Shown here one piece after another: positions 1 through 11,690 of a DNA stretch of 64,000 nucleotides. Positions within the stretch are counted from its first letter, which is position 1. Every line of letters starts with the position of its first letter. This DNA comes from Lama glama (taxonomy: Eukaryota): positions 91,948,001-92,012,000 of the forward strand of contig CM052816.1 of the NCBI GenBank assembly GCA_028534125.1, read 5' to 3'. The position numbers and the translations under genes were made by a program. The notes beneath the pieces are model-generated. The model saw only the letters and a program-made list of their open reading frames with translations. It ran no database searches and was not told where the DNA came from.

Positions 1-559
1 AGAAGAATTTATGGGATCACCATAGCCATATTGGTCAAATAGTGACTTTCCTGAACTTGGTTGTTACTAACCTCCCAACCACCACTGCTGCTCCTCCTAC
101 CGAGATACAGCAAGTTTTATCGCTGAAGAACACATCCAAAACCAAATAGCAGAGTTCAAATTCTGAATTCAATATTGAAACGTAAGCCCCAAGATAAGAT
201 CCATGCTGAATACTGCACAAAAGGAGACATGAACTCAGCACAGATCCAAAAGATGAGAAATGGACAGGAATTTACCAAACAACTCTTCTTTACAGTGGAT
301 TAAAATCAAGTTGATATTTCACTTGCTGATTCAGTCTACATCCAGCCCTACGTCTCAGATTACAGGATAGTCATTGGCAAAACTGATGACTGGAAAACGC
401 AGCCAATTTTGGAAAACGATACCAGATTCCTTAAAAATCTGAGTCAAAGTTCTATGTTCAGATTGTAAATCAGGAAGGACAAGCTCTGTCAGATAAACCT
501 ACTTGGTGTAGGACCTACACCAGTTTGTATCTATTGACATATAAAGACTTTCAGACAGC

Positions 560-800
560 TGGAGACAGGGCTGCAGGATTTCTGGATCTTAGTCTTTGCT
601 CTGACTTCGGCTGGATATATCATTGACCAAGTTACTTTGCCTCTCACTGATTTGATTTCCTCATCTGGAAAAACAAGGGTCCATTATGCATTCATTTGTC
701 CAATAACAGTCTCAGAGCACTGATTACCTGCTTAGCTGTTTACACACTGCAGAGTTGTGTGAGGAAGAAAGGAGATGATTTGCAGGCAAGCCTTTTAAGA
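560..800 (+). mobile_element. MIR SINE fragment(s), degraded
   Basis: MIR core-like 'caagttactttgcctctc...tttcctcatctggaaaa' and 'gttgtgtgaggaagaaaggagatgat'. Confidence 0.6.
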
Positions 801-999
801 AGCAAGAATCATTGAATTAAAAAGAAAACTCATTAAGAATTATCTGTCCTCAGCAAAAATGATCCCTAAAATAGAAGCAAAAATTGCATTCCTCAAATAA
901 TGGACTTACAGATAAACATAGATGTCTACAGGAACCTGAATAAATGTTTGGTCTTCAAAGTTTAGACTAAGGTTTGTGCTGATTCTCCAAATATTAATG

Positions 1000-1260
1000 A
1001 TACATGTTATCATTTCTTGATAGTCTATTGTGTTTCAGGTAAAGGCTAGGTAATTTATATAAAGTCTTACATTAAATTTTCATTTTTAGCACAATCTTAT
1101 CAAGGAGATATTATTTTTCCATTACAGATAAGACTATTGAAGCACAGAGAAATCAGCTGGTTGCTTGGAGTCCCATCCCTAGAAAGTAGCAGAACTGAGA
1201 TGTCAACCACCAAAAGTCAGTCTACAAGACCACAGTCTTGTCCACTATACTACATGGCAC
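1000..1260 (-). mobile_element. MIR SINE
   Basis: Antisense MIR core 'attatttttccattacagataagactattgaagcacagagaaatc...agtagcagaactgaga'. Confidence 0.65.
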
Positions 1261-2971
1261 TGAACTGAAAAGAGACAGCTGTAATGAAATTAATATAATT
1301 TCAAGGGTCAATGAGAAGCCCTAGTCAAAAGGCTTTGTTATTGAGAGGTCAATAGTTGACCAAAAAAATTCTTCCTATTTCCTCCCTATTCCTTTCGTTC
1401 ATCTGGGGGATAACAGAAGAGCATTTAAATCCATGTTTTGCTCAGAAATTTAGTATTATCTGTGTAAGGACTGCCAAAGAGGTCCCTACTTTAAACTTTC
1501 TGCTGCGTCTCTCAAGAAAAATGGTTTTCAAGGACAAACATTATTACAGATTGTAACTTGACAGTGAATGTCTTAAAACTCTGCACAGTCATATTTGAAA
1601 AGAAGCCAAATTGATGGGAAAAAAATGTCCACTTCAAAAGCTTAATGAAGGCAATTTGTCAACAATTTCACACATCATTTACCTACAACCTCTGAATAAA
1701 AGGTTTCCCAATTTACCTCTTTCCCATGTGAACTTCAGATCATATCCATTTAGTAATTCATCAATCATCTTTTCCAGAAACTGAGATACAAGGAGAATAC
1801 AATCTAAGAGATCCGTGAAGATAGATTTCATGTGATATGCTTATTGTTTATGTTTACCTTTTTTACCTAGTTTCAGAGAAATGACTCTTTAGGCTCAGAG
1901 TCTGGTTTAAGACTTGGGGTGAATTGGCCACATAAAAGATTAAAACAACTTAATGCATCTTAGAATGCCTATGTCTTAGACTTCTAAAAATTCTGTAGAG
2001 AAGTAGAGGGAGAAGAGGAAAAACAGCTACAGACGAATGACCACGACTTACAGCCAAACAAGCAAAGCCTCCCCATGGCACTGATTCTTTAAATAATTAA
2101 CAAGAAACTTTTTGCAAAGGGACCTACTTGTCAAATAATTAACTTAAAACCATTACTGTTGATTGTCAGCATGCTTTTGTTACCAAAATGCCTGAGGGAT
2201 AAGTTGGTGGAAAGTAATTAATAAGACCAAGAACAAGGTTTACTGCATGTAACTGATACTATTTGTAAATCTGGGACTCATAAAGTGTTGTAGTGATTGA
2301 GGGCGGAGATGCAGATGTTTCTGCTATTTTAGTAAAGAGAAGAAGTGTAAAACACTCCAACCGACAGAAAAGAGGGTGCAAGACATTTAGAGCTGCAATA
2401 CTTGCCACGAAAACTATTTTCTGTTACATTTTTAATGGAAGGTTAAAAATTCTGCACTGCATGCTTGGGCAGCCCACATATGGGACTCAAGTGTGACATC
2501 AACAATGGCAAATAAAGGTTAGTTTTATAAGACAAGGCGAAATGTGCAGTTGACCCGGATAGTTAAACATTTTGGCAAAAAGAATTATAATTGGAAAAGT
2601 GGGACAACTGGTGGAGGATTTGGGAAAATGTTGGAATAAATTATCCAGATGACTTTTGCCCTTCAATACACTTTTTCAGCATAAAGAAGAGCTCTGTTTG
2701 CTAAACTATTTGGGCCATGATGATTCATAGTACTGGTGATGGAATTTGGCTTGTGTTTGTGCACATGTCTCTGTGCACACATATTTATGTTTGTGCTTGC
2801 AAGTGCTTTGTCAGAATGAAATGTTTGGGCTACACTTACTACCCACCTGATTTTAATTAGTGTTACCAGATATCTACTGAAATCATCAAAGTTTTAAATT
2901 TAGAGATAATTTGGCAAAGGGTAAGTTGTTGCTGTTTACATTTAGATAGACGGAAAAAAAAAATGCACTGA

Positions 2972-3115
2972 TGTTGTGGCAGACAGACCCCGGAACAGTT
3001 CTCTGTTCATGCTCGGAATAACCTGATCCCTTGGAGTGTGGGAGGGACCTGTTACTTGCTTCTGATCAACAGTATATAGCAAAAGTGGTGAGAGGTCACT
3101 TGATGATTATGTTAT
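2972..3115 (+). mobile_element. MaLR (MLT1-like) LTR fragment
   Basis: 'tgtggcagacagacc...cccttggagtgtgggagggacctgttacttgcttct' resembles an MLT1F/G 5' end. Confidence 0.5.
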
Positions 3116-3229
3116 CACACACACACACATACGCACGCACGTGCGTGAACTTGCCTTGACACATCTGCATGTAGGAGCTTGTATCACACAGAAATTCTCA
3201 TCACAGAGTTACTTCTTTCCAGTGCTTTG

Positions 3230-4550
3230 GTTTTAAGCAAAGAACAACCATTTTTTCAAAATGAGATACATAAAACAATCTTAAAAAAAGAAGAGCAAAG
3301 GAGGTGGACTCACACTTTCCAATTTCAAAGCTTATAATAAAGCAATAGCAGTGAAGATGATATGGTACTTGCACAAAAATAGACATAATCTATTCTGTAG
3401 ATTAATGGAATAGAACTGAGATTTCAGAAATGAGCCCACCTATCTACAAGCAACTGATTTTCAGCAAGGATGCCAAGACCATCCAATTGGGAAAGAGTAG
3501 TCTTTTCAACAAATGGCACTGGATCAACTGAATAGTCACACACAGAAGAGTAAAGTTGGACCCTTACCTCATACCATAATCAAAAATTTACTCAAAATGT
3601 ATAAAAGATTTACATGCAAGAAATAAAACTATAAATCTCTTAGGAGTAACAGGGGTAAATCTTCATGATGTTGCATTTGACCATTCTTGGATTCTTGAAG
3701 GATTCTTGGATATGCTACCAAAAGCACAAGCAACAAAAGAAAAAAAGAGGTAAACTGGACTTCACAAAAATGATAAAACTTTTGTGTTTCCAAGGACATC
3801 ATCAGAAAGTGAAACAATAATCCACAGAATGAAAGAAATTATTTGTAAATCATATCTCTGATAAGAGATTTGTATCCAGAATATGTAAAGAACTCTTATA
3901 ACTTAATAATGAAAAAAATCCAAATTATAAAAAATAGGCAAAAGGTCTGAATAGACATTTCTCCAAGGAAAATAAACAAATGACTAATAACTACATAACA
4001 TGCTTGATGCCTTTAGTCATCAAGAAAATGCAAATCAAAATCATGATGAAATACAACTTCACATCTTCTAGGGTGGCAAGAATAAAAAAGGCAGACAATA
4101 GCAAGTTATTAGCAATGATGTGGAGAAAATCAGAACACTCATACACTGTTGGTGGGAACATAAAATGGTGCCACCACCTTAGGAAAATGTCTGGCAGTTG
4201 CTCAAAAGATTAAATATATATGACCCAGCAATCCCCCTCCTGGGTATATATCCAAGAGAAATGATGATATATGCCCACATGAAAACTTGGACACAAATAC
4301 TTATAGCAGCATTATTCATAGCAGCCAAAAGATGGAGACAATCTAAATCTCATCAACTGACAAATAGATAAAATATGTTATATCCACACACTGGAATATT
4401 ATTGGGCTATAATAAAGAATGAAGTACTGACACATGCTACAACATGGAAAGACCTTGAACACATTATGCCAAGAGAAAGATGCCAATCACAAAAGACCAC
4501 ATATACATGACTTCATTCATATGAAATGTCCAGGACAGGGATATCTATAC
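3230..4550 (+). mobile_element. Old L1 (L1M-type) ORF2 3' region and 3'UTR, degraded
   Basis: Typical L1 ORF2 motifs: 'gaggtggactcacactttccaatttcaaag', 'gacatttctccaagga', 'tgacccagcaatccccctcctgggtatatatccaagagaaatg'. Confidence 0.9.
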
Positions 4551-4551
4551 A

Positions 4552-4690
4552 CAGTCAGTCAATCATCCATATCTGTGGATTCCACATCTATGGATTCAAC
4601 CAATCTTGGATTGAAAATATTCAAATAAACAAAAAAATTTTCGGAAAGTTCCAAAAAGCAAAATTTGAATTTGCCATGAGTTGGCAACTA
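4552..4690. mobile_element. MER2-like TcMar-Tigger DNA transposon fragment
   Basis: 'catatctgtggattccacatctatggattcaaccaa...aagttccaaaaagcaaaatttgaatttgcc'. Confidence 0.65.
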
Positions 4691-4919
4691 TTTAGTCTAA
4701 AGAGGTTCAGGAATGATCATCTTTGTGGGAAAAACAAGGGCTTATGGGAAATCTAGACTAGTTTGAAGGTATTTTTGTTTCTGTTGTTGTTTTGACCCTC
4801 TACATTATGTTTTTGACACATGTTTATTGAGTGAACACCAGAAGTGTCATGCTGAAGTTTTCTGGGTATTCTGAAACCTTTCTGTGAATTAATTACAGTC
4901 CCTTCAGAGGTTAAATATC

Positions 4920-7340
4920 TTCATCCTTTTTGGAAGCTTTTAATTTTTCCCCCTATTATTTTGGGTTTTCAAATTCCACTATATTGTGTCTAGGTGTGGC
5001 TGTTATTTCCTTCAAACTGTTAGGCATTCAAATGGTTCTTTCATCTGAAAACTCATGGAAAATATTCTTCTATGAAATTGAGTAATTTTTCCTTTCCATT
5101 TGCATCTATTCTTTTATTAAACCAGAATTTCTTTTAGACAGATAATGGAATTTCTGGATCTATTTTCCAGGTCTCTTAATTTTTTCTTTTATTTCTTCTA
5201 TTTCTGTGCTATTTAACATTATATTCTGTGAACATTCACATCTTAAGGTTTTAGCTTCTGAATTCAGTCTTTATTAACTAATCCATACATTTAGTCTCCT
5301 CTATCTTTTTAGTTTTTTTTTTTTTCACTTCAATGACCATATTTTTTCATTTCCAAAATCACTAACAGATTTTACATTGCAAACTGCTCCTGATTTATCC
5401 TATCCTATCTTTCTCAGGTTAACAATGATACTTTATTTTTTAAAAATTTATTGAAAAAGTAATTTATGCTCATGGTAAGAGCAAAAGCCAAAAAGGCTTC
5501 AATGAGCAAATAATGAAAATTAAGTCTTCCTCTTAGCTAAGATTAGCAGAGGCCTCTGATCCTATCAATAGTTTCTTAAAAATAAAAAAAAATTTAATTA
5601 AAAAAAAACAGTTTCTTTTTTGTGGGTATATAGTTCCAGAAATTTTCTATGCATATATAAGCATGTATTTGAATGTGGGTATATAGAAATTTTTAAAGAA
5701 AAAATTGACATAATATATATACTTCTGAATTATGCCTATTTTTGTTGTTTCTTTTTGTTATTTTACATAAAATTCCATATCCACACAGAATTATCTTTTT
5801 AAAAAATACATTCTCATAGTTCACCATATGAATCAGCATGAATCATTTATTTACTAATTCTATTGATAAACAATTAGACTGTTCAGTGTTTTTTGCCATT
5901 AAAACAATGCTGTAGTAAATATTTCTGCATGTCTATTTTTACAATCAACATGTGAATATAAGTTGTAGAATGAATTCTTAGAAATAGATTTGCCAAGTCT
6001 AAATGTATATACATCTAATGTTGACAAACATTACCAAATTGTCCTCAAAAGAGATTGCACTAAGAATTTGCCTATTTCCTTGTAGCTTAAGAAATCCATA
6101 TATTATAAATTTTCTGATCTTTATAAATTTAGTTGTTAGGAAAGGTGTCATTGTTTATTTTGCTTTTCTGCAATTACAAATGAGAGTTGTAAATTTTATG
6201 GATGATCTTTTCATAGGTTTATAAGTTATTCGGATTTTTTCTATTAATTGCCAGTACATAGTCTTTGCTTATTTGTCTGTTGGATTATTAGTAATTTCTC
6301 ATTGATTTGTAAGAACTCTTTATATTGTAAAGTGATTAGCTCTTTTTCTGCCAGATGAGTTGCAGATTTTTCCACTTTTTCACTTTGTTTTTAATTTTAT
6401 TGGAATACAATTATTTAATACTTTTCTTCATTGTTTCTAGGATTTTTGTCATTCTTAGAAAGGTCTCTCTCATGCCCAAACTGGAAAAATATTTAGCCAT
6501 GTTTTCTCCTAATATTATTATTTCACATGAAATCTATTTTTGTTGTAAATATGAGGCAAGTCAAATAATGTTTTTCTGTTTATTGAGTATTCCACCTATC
6601 ACCTAAATTGAATAGCACTCTTATCAGATGCTAAATTATCATATGATTATATTTCTTTCATGTCCTCTTCTGTTTGCTAATAATTCTGCTTCCTTGAGTG
6701 TTAGTTTTTCTCTGAATTTGGTGACTCATCATACTGATATACTGAAATATTTGATAATTCTTGGTTATGTCCTTTCTGCTTGAGATTGTCTGTGCTCCTA
6801 TCTGTGGGTATGCTGTGCACTGCTGCTGGCATTTGTTATGGAAGGAGCAGGTTCTCATTCTGCTAGGGATGCCAGTACCTTATTGTCTATCTGTCACAGG
6901 TATCCTTGGACATATTGGGCACTGCTCTGATTCTCTGGATACTCACTGCTTTAGCTTAGGAAGAAAGAGTTCTGTCGTGTCTACACACCACTAGATGTAA
7001 GTTAGCAATTAGAGAAGCACCAACCTTCTCAGCAGTGCCTATGGTTTACCAAAACCCAGGCAATTGCCATAGCTCCCCTTTCTGCTTCCTGTACTCATTT
7101 CCTCTGGGCTTAGAGCTTCTGTGAAAGTGCCCCTACCTCTCTGCATGTGCCATTGGCTATTGAGCCAACAAATTTGTCTGCCTTCTGTTAATCAAGGATT
7201 CCTCCAAAAATGTTGATCCTTTGATGGCATTTTCTTGTTTTCTAGCATTGTTATAAAGAATCGTTTTGCACCATTTCTAGTTTGAGGTGGGAATGGCAAG
7301 TAGGCACTGGCAGGCAGTTGGTGTGCCATTTTAACCCAAG
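4920..7340 (-). mobile_element. Cluster of very old antisense L1/HAL1 fragments
   Basis: T-rich antisense L1-like text, e.g. 'attgtgtctaggtgtggc', 'aacaatgctgtagtaaatattt', 'cattgatttgtaagaactctttatat'. Confidence 0.6.
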
Positions 7341-7489
7341 CTATGAATCTCTTCCTTCTTAGTAGAATCTTCTACTGTTTCCATCCATGAAATCTAGAAT
7401 GTTTTTAGGAAAGTCTGGCCAAAGACTGTCCATTTGTCATACAACTGTCAGCAACATTAATTGTATGGTCCTTGCCATTTCAGAGAGCA

Positions 7490-8600
7490 CTCTTATCCTT
7501 AGGTCCTCTAAAGCAGAACCTGAGACAAGGACTTGTGTGCAGGTATTTTATTTGGAAGGAAATCCTAGGAATCATGAGTGAAGAAGAGAGGAGACAGACA
7601 CAGGGAAGGAAGAAAACTTGACAAAAAAAAATACATTATCAAATTGATCATTGTAGGCAACTGGGGTTTGATTCCACTGATAATTTAAGATATATGCATA
7701 AAATGCATCCGAGAATTGCCCACCTGAAGGAAGGGAGACATGTCCATTGTGTTGGGGGCCCATAGCTGGTGTATTAAATTAAGCATATGTGGATTATGAC
7801 CTGCTGAATGAAGAGGCACAAGCCACCCACCTGGGGTTGGCCAATAACTCCCTCAACATCTGTGCTCCCACTTTGATGAAGTGAAAACCCTAGGGTCATT
7901 TTGATTGAAGGCACAGTTTCAGTACACTCACACAAAAGACATCAAGTCACAAGATTTATTACTTACAGATCCCAGGAACGGGGCAATGAGTTGGGGGAAG
8001 GCTCGTCCTCTGTCTCAGATCATGAGGGAGTAGGAGATACAGGCAGGCTGGTAGGCAAGCACCCACTACTTCTCAGTTGGCTGATGTGGAGGTTACTAAC
8101 TTTTCACTCTCAGTCTCCACTCTAAGTGTTATTTTAAAAGGTGTCTTAGGAAATCAACGCAGGAACTTGGGGTGGGGATCCTAAGCTCAGGTCCTTATCT
8201 AAATGTCCAGACACTGGGTGTGAGCAGCTTGTCACTCTGTAAAATGCCCAGGCAGTAACTCAAAATAATTGTTTTCTCATTACATCTATTTATCTGCTGG
8301 CCCAGTCCTCTGCTGGTTGAGGAATTTCCCTCAAGGACTTTACCTCTACTTTGGCTATGTGTATGAGCCAGCTGGCCAAGCAGGTCCTTGTAGTGTCAGA
8401 GAAGCAATGATGCCCCAAAGAAAAGATGACTAAGCTCCTGGAGGAGAAAAGATGCCCTGGACATGCTTGAGGTGGAGCACTGTCAGCATGCGGTGATCCT
8501 AAATGCAAACTCTCCATTGCGTTTGCAGCTGATATCAGCTATCAGTCAAGGTGACTAATGTCAGTTTCCTGATGCATCTGAGGAAAGTGCACACTGGTCT
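7490..8600 (-). mobile_element. ERVL LTR (LTR33/LTR16-like) interrupted by a second LTR-like insert (~7900-8280)
   Basis: 'aaagcagaacctgagacaaggacttgtgtgcaggtattttatttggaagg' is a characteristic antisense ERVL LTR end; the inner segment has its own antisense AATAAA ('gatttattacttacag'). Confidence 0.5.
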
Positions 8601-8631
8601 TGCCAACACATCTTGTGAGAAAAAGATCATA

Positions 8632-10661
8632 GAGAGGAGAGACGCAAGATGGCGGAGTAGGACACTCGTAGCTCACCCTCTCCCACAAATATACCAAAAC
8701 TAACATCTACAGACCTACTCAGCCAACCAGAGCACCTGACGAACTTCGACAGAACATCACCCTCTTCAAAAGACAAAGACACCAAAAATCTGGTAGGAGA
8801 AAAGGGAAAAAGAAAGAAGAAAAAACAAAACAGTGCAGGACCAGTCCCGTGGGGAGGGAGCAGCAAAGGAGGACTAGCGCTCCTTCACTGAACCTCCCCC
8901 CTCAACGGAGAGGCCAACGGGATGGAGGGGGAGCCTCCGAGGCTCAGATCTGCCCTGAACACCCCTTGACTGACAGAACTAAGTTAAACCAGCACAAAAG
9001 GTCCCTGTGACACTCAGCTCAAGATGCGAGCCAGCAGCTGGGGGCCTGGACAGGCTGCCCGAGCCAGGCGGAGGACTGGGGTGGCTGCACTGAGGCAGCC
9101 CTGGGGGACTGCAGGGTGCTGTGCCCCGTGGATGGGAGGGGATATGGAGCAGAACAACCTCGGTCCCCCATAAATTACAGAAAAAAGCAAAGCAACATGG
9201 CTGGTGTGCCCTGGAGGGAGGGGCACCATAGCATTTGTCTCCTCAGACCCTTGGCGCCACTACTAGTGCTTCCCAGGGGAAGAGTGGCGTGGCCCAGCCA
9301 CAGTCCCATCTCCTCCTGTGCACAGCGCCTGGGCTAGGGGCGGGGCCAAGACCTGAATCTGTACCCGGGAGCTCTGCAACCTCCTAGGCAGGACTGAGAC
9401 TTGTTTATAGCCTGAGGCAGATAGGATCTTTCTGCCCTGGCACCTCAGAGAACTCATGCCACCAAGACAAACAAGGAGCTGAGATTTGGCACCGACCAGG
9501 GGTGGGGCCGTTCTGCGGTCTTCCCAGAGCCAGCCTATGGAGTGCCAACCAGAGGTGGAGTGGGCAGCTGCACAGAGCAGCGGAGCGACTGGTGCCAGGA
9601 GAGGGCAGGCGCCACCCCCCGCCTTCCTGGCAGGAACACAACTCCTGACCACAGTGCTTGGAGGGGGCGTGATCCGCCCACCTGCCTCTCCTGAGCGCAG
9701 CATCTGACTGTGGCATCAGGAGGAGGAGTGACCCGCCCACCCACCAGCCACAGTGCCAGAGAGATATGAGCAATAGGAAGCAGAGGAACCACTCCCAATT
9801 AAAAGATCAAGAGAAATCCCCTGAAAGTACAATCAGGGAAATAGACATTGATGGCCTACTAGATCAAGATTTCAAAAAAGGAGTGATCGAAGTGCTGAAC
9901 GAACTAAAAGAGATAGTGTTTAGAGATATAAAATATGTCAAAATGAAACTGAAGCTATAAAGAGCCAAGCAGAATTGGTAAACTCATTTGCTGAGATGAC
10001 AGCTGAACTAAAGGCTGTACAAAGCAGGCTAGATAATGCAGAGGAACGAGTAAGTGACCTAGAAGACAGGACAACAGAAAGCACCCAATCAGAATAGCTG
10101 AGAGAAAAACAAATAAAAAACAATGAAAACAATATAAGGGACTTATGGGGATAATATAAAGTGTGCCAATCTACACATAATAAGGGTTCCAGAAGGGGCA
10201 GAAAGAACAAAGGGGATTGAAAAGGTATTAGAAGAAATCATGACTGAAAACTTCCCAAACCTAAAGAAGGAATCAGATATCCAAGTATAGGAGGCTCAGA
10301 GGGTCCCAAACAGAACCACACCAANNNNNNNNNNNNNNNNNNNNNNNNNNNNNNNNNNNNNNNNNNNNNNNNNNNNNNNNNNNNNNNNNNNNNNNNNNNN
10401 NNNNNNNNNNNNNNNNNNNNNNNNCAGCCTAGGATACTTTATCCAGCAAGGCTATCGTTTAGAATAGAAGGAGAGATAAAAGAACTTAACAGACAAGCAA
10501 AAAGTGAAAGAGTTTAGCAACACTAAACCCATGCTAAAAGAAATATTGACAGGTCTACTCTAAATAGAAAAGGAGCAGGATGCTACAAAAATGAGAAACT
10601 CATAACTGGAAAGGAGATAACTACCATGAACTACAAATAGAATAAACACGAAATTGTAAAA
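8632..10661 (+). mobile_element. Young lineage-specific L1: GC-rich 5'UTR, disrupted ORF1 (9766-10563, spanning the N gap) and start of the inter-ORF spacer; 3' part missing
   Basis: 5' end 'caagatggcggagtaggac' (YY1-type L1 start); ORF1 begins MSNRKQRNHSQLKDQEKSPE; later motifs ENFPNL, EAQRVP, QPRILYPARLSF; frameshift near 9945 and an internal stop. Confidence 0.92.
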
Positions 10662-11165
10662 ATTTAACCAAGGACGCGAAAAGACCTGCACGCTAAAAAC
10701 TGTAAGACACTGATGAAAGAAGCTGAACAGACACAAATAAATAGTACGACAGCCTGAGCTCATGGCTGAAAAAACATTGTTAAACTGTCCCTTCCACCCA
10801 GAGCGTGTACGCATTCATGCAGTGACGTTTTTCACAGAAAGAGAACAGACAATCTTAACATTTGTGTGGAGCCACGAAGGACCTCAAGTAGCAAAGCCAC
10901 CCTAACAAAAGATAACAGGCTGGAGGCCTCTCCCTCCTTGACTTCAACCTACATTACGAGGGTATAGTCACCAAAGAAGTGTGGGATTGGTACCAAAACC
11001 GGCACACATGCCATGGGAATGGAACGGAGTGCCCAGAAATAACCCGAGGGGAACGTGGTCAGTTAGCCCACAGGAAAGGCGCCAGGAACCTGCTCGAGGA
11101 ACGGACGGTCCCCGCAGTGAGCGGCGCTGGGAAGACCGGACACCACACGCCAAGAAGCGCGCAGC
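10662..11165 (+). mobile_element. Old L1 ORF2 fragment (post-RT region), strongly GC-shifted
   Basis: Collinear with L1 ORF2 (LTKEVKDL...NKAGGIT...SPEIN...WCWENW region) but with many A/T-to-G/C changes. Confidence 0.85.
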
Positions 11166-11690
11166 TCCCTGTCCGCCCGGCGGGTTCCCACATCCAGCCC
11201 TTCCTCTCCCCGGGCCTCTGAGGACCGACCCCCGCAGCGTCAGCCCCTCACCGGAAGCGTCTACCCAATTCCTTCACTCTTCCTTCCTCCTCACCTTTCC
11301 TTCCGTCAGGTCTTGAGGAGACCAGGTCAAGGGGACTTGACCCCCTGTGGTGCCGAAGCTCCAGTGGGTCCTGAGGAGACCAGGCTTCCGTCAGTGTGGA
11401 TTCGACCCCACACTGTCCCAGAGTGGAAGCTCCGGCTCGGTGAGGACACTCAGGCCGGGTCAGGCGCCTGCGGGAGACAAGCCCTCAGGCAGAAGGCGCG
11501 CTCCCGCAGCGGTGGGGGAGGCGGGCTCGACCCCTGCCAGCCAATGGAAGCTCAGCGCAAGTGGGTCAGCGGAGGCCCCGCCCCCAGGCCGTGCGGCCTC
11601 CGGGCCCCGCCAGCCAATGGGAGCGCAGAGCAGGCGGCACAGCAGAGGCCCCGCCCCCAGGCAGTGCTGCCGGAGCCATTGAACTGTGGA
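10980..11690 (-). promoter_or_regulatory. CpG island with promoter architecture (2x CCAAT, 2-3 GC boxes, ETS-like CGGAAG motifs); probably oriented leftward
   Basis: 'cagccaatgg' at ~11538 and ~11611; 'gaggccccgcccccaggc' at ~11572 and ~11645; CpG-dense sequence extends to the left; minus-strand donor-like GTGAGG at ~11246-11251 and ~11289-11294. Confidence 0.65.

Noticed and set aside
1717..1780. Resemblance of FLEKMIDELLNGYD to the GABA-A receptor N-terminal helix (VDKLLKGYD)
   Set aside because: The conserved downstream RP motif is absent, the exon size does not fit as I recall it, and no other Cys-loop receptor exons were seen.
9014..9798. Cluster of overlapping 70-146 aa ORFs and high CpG content
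   Set aside because: Explained by the GC-rich 5'UTR of the young L1.
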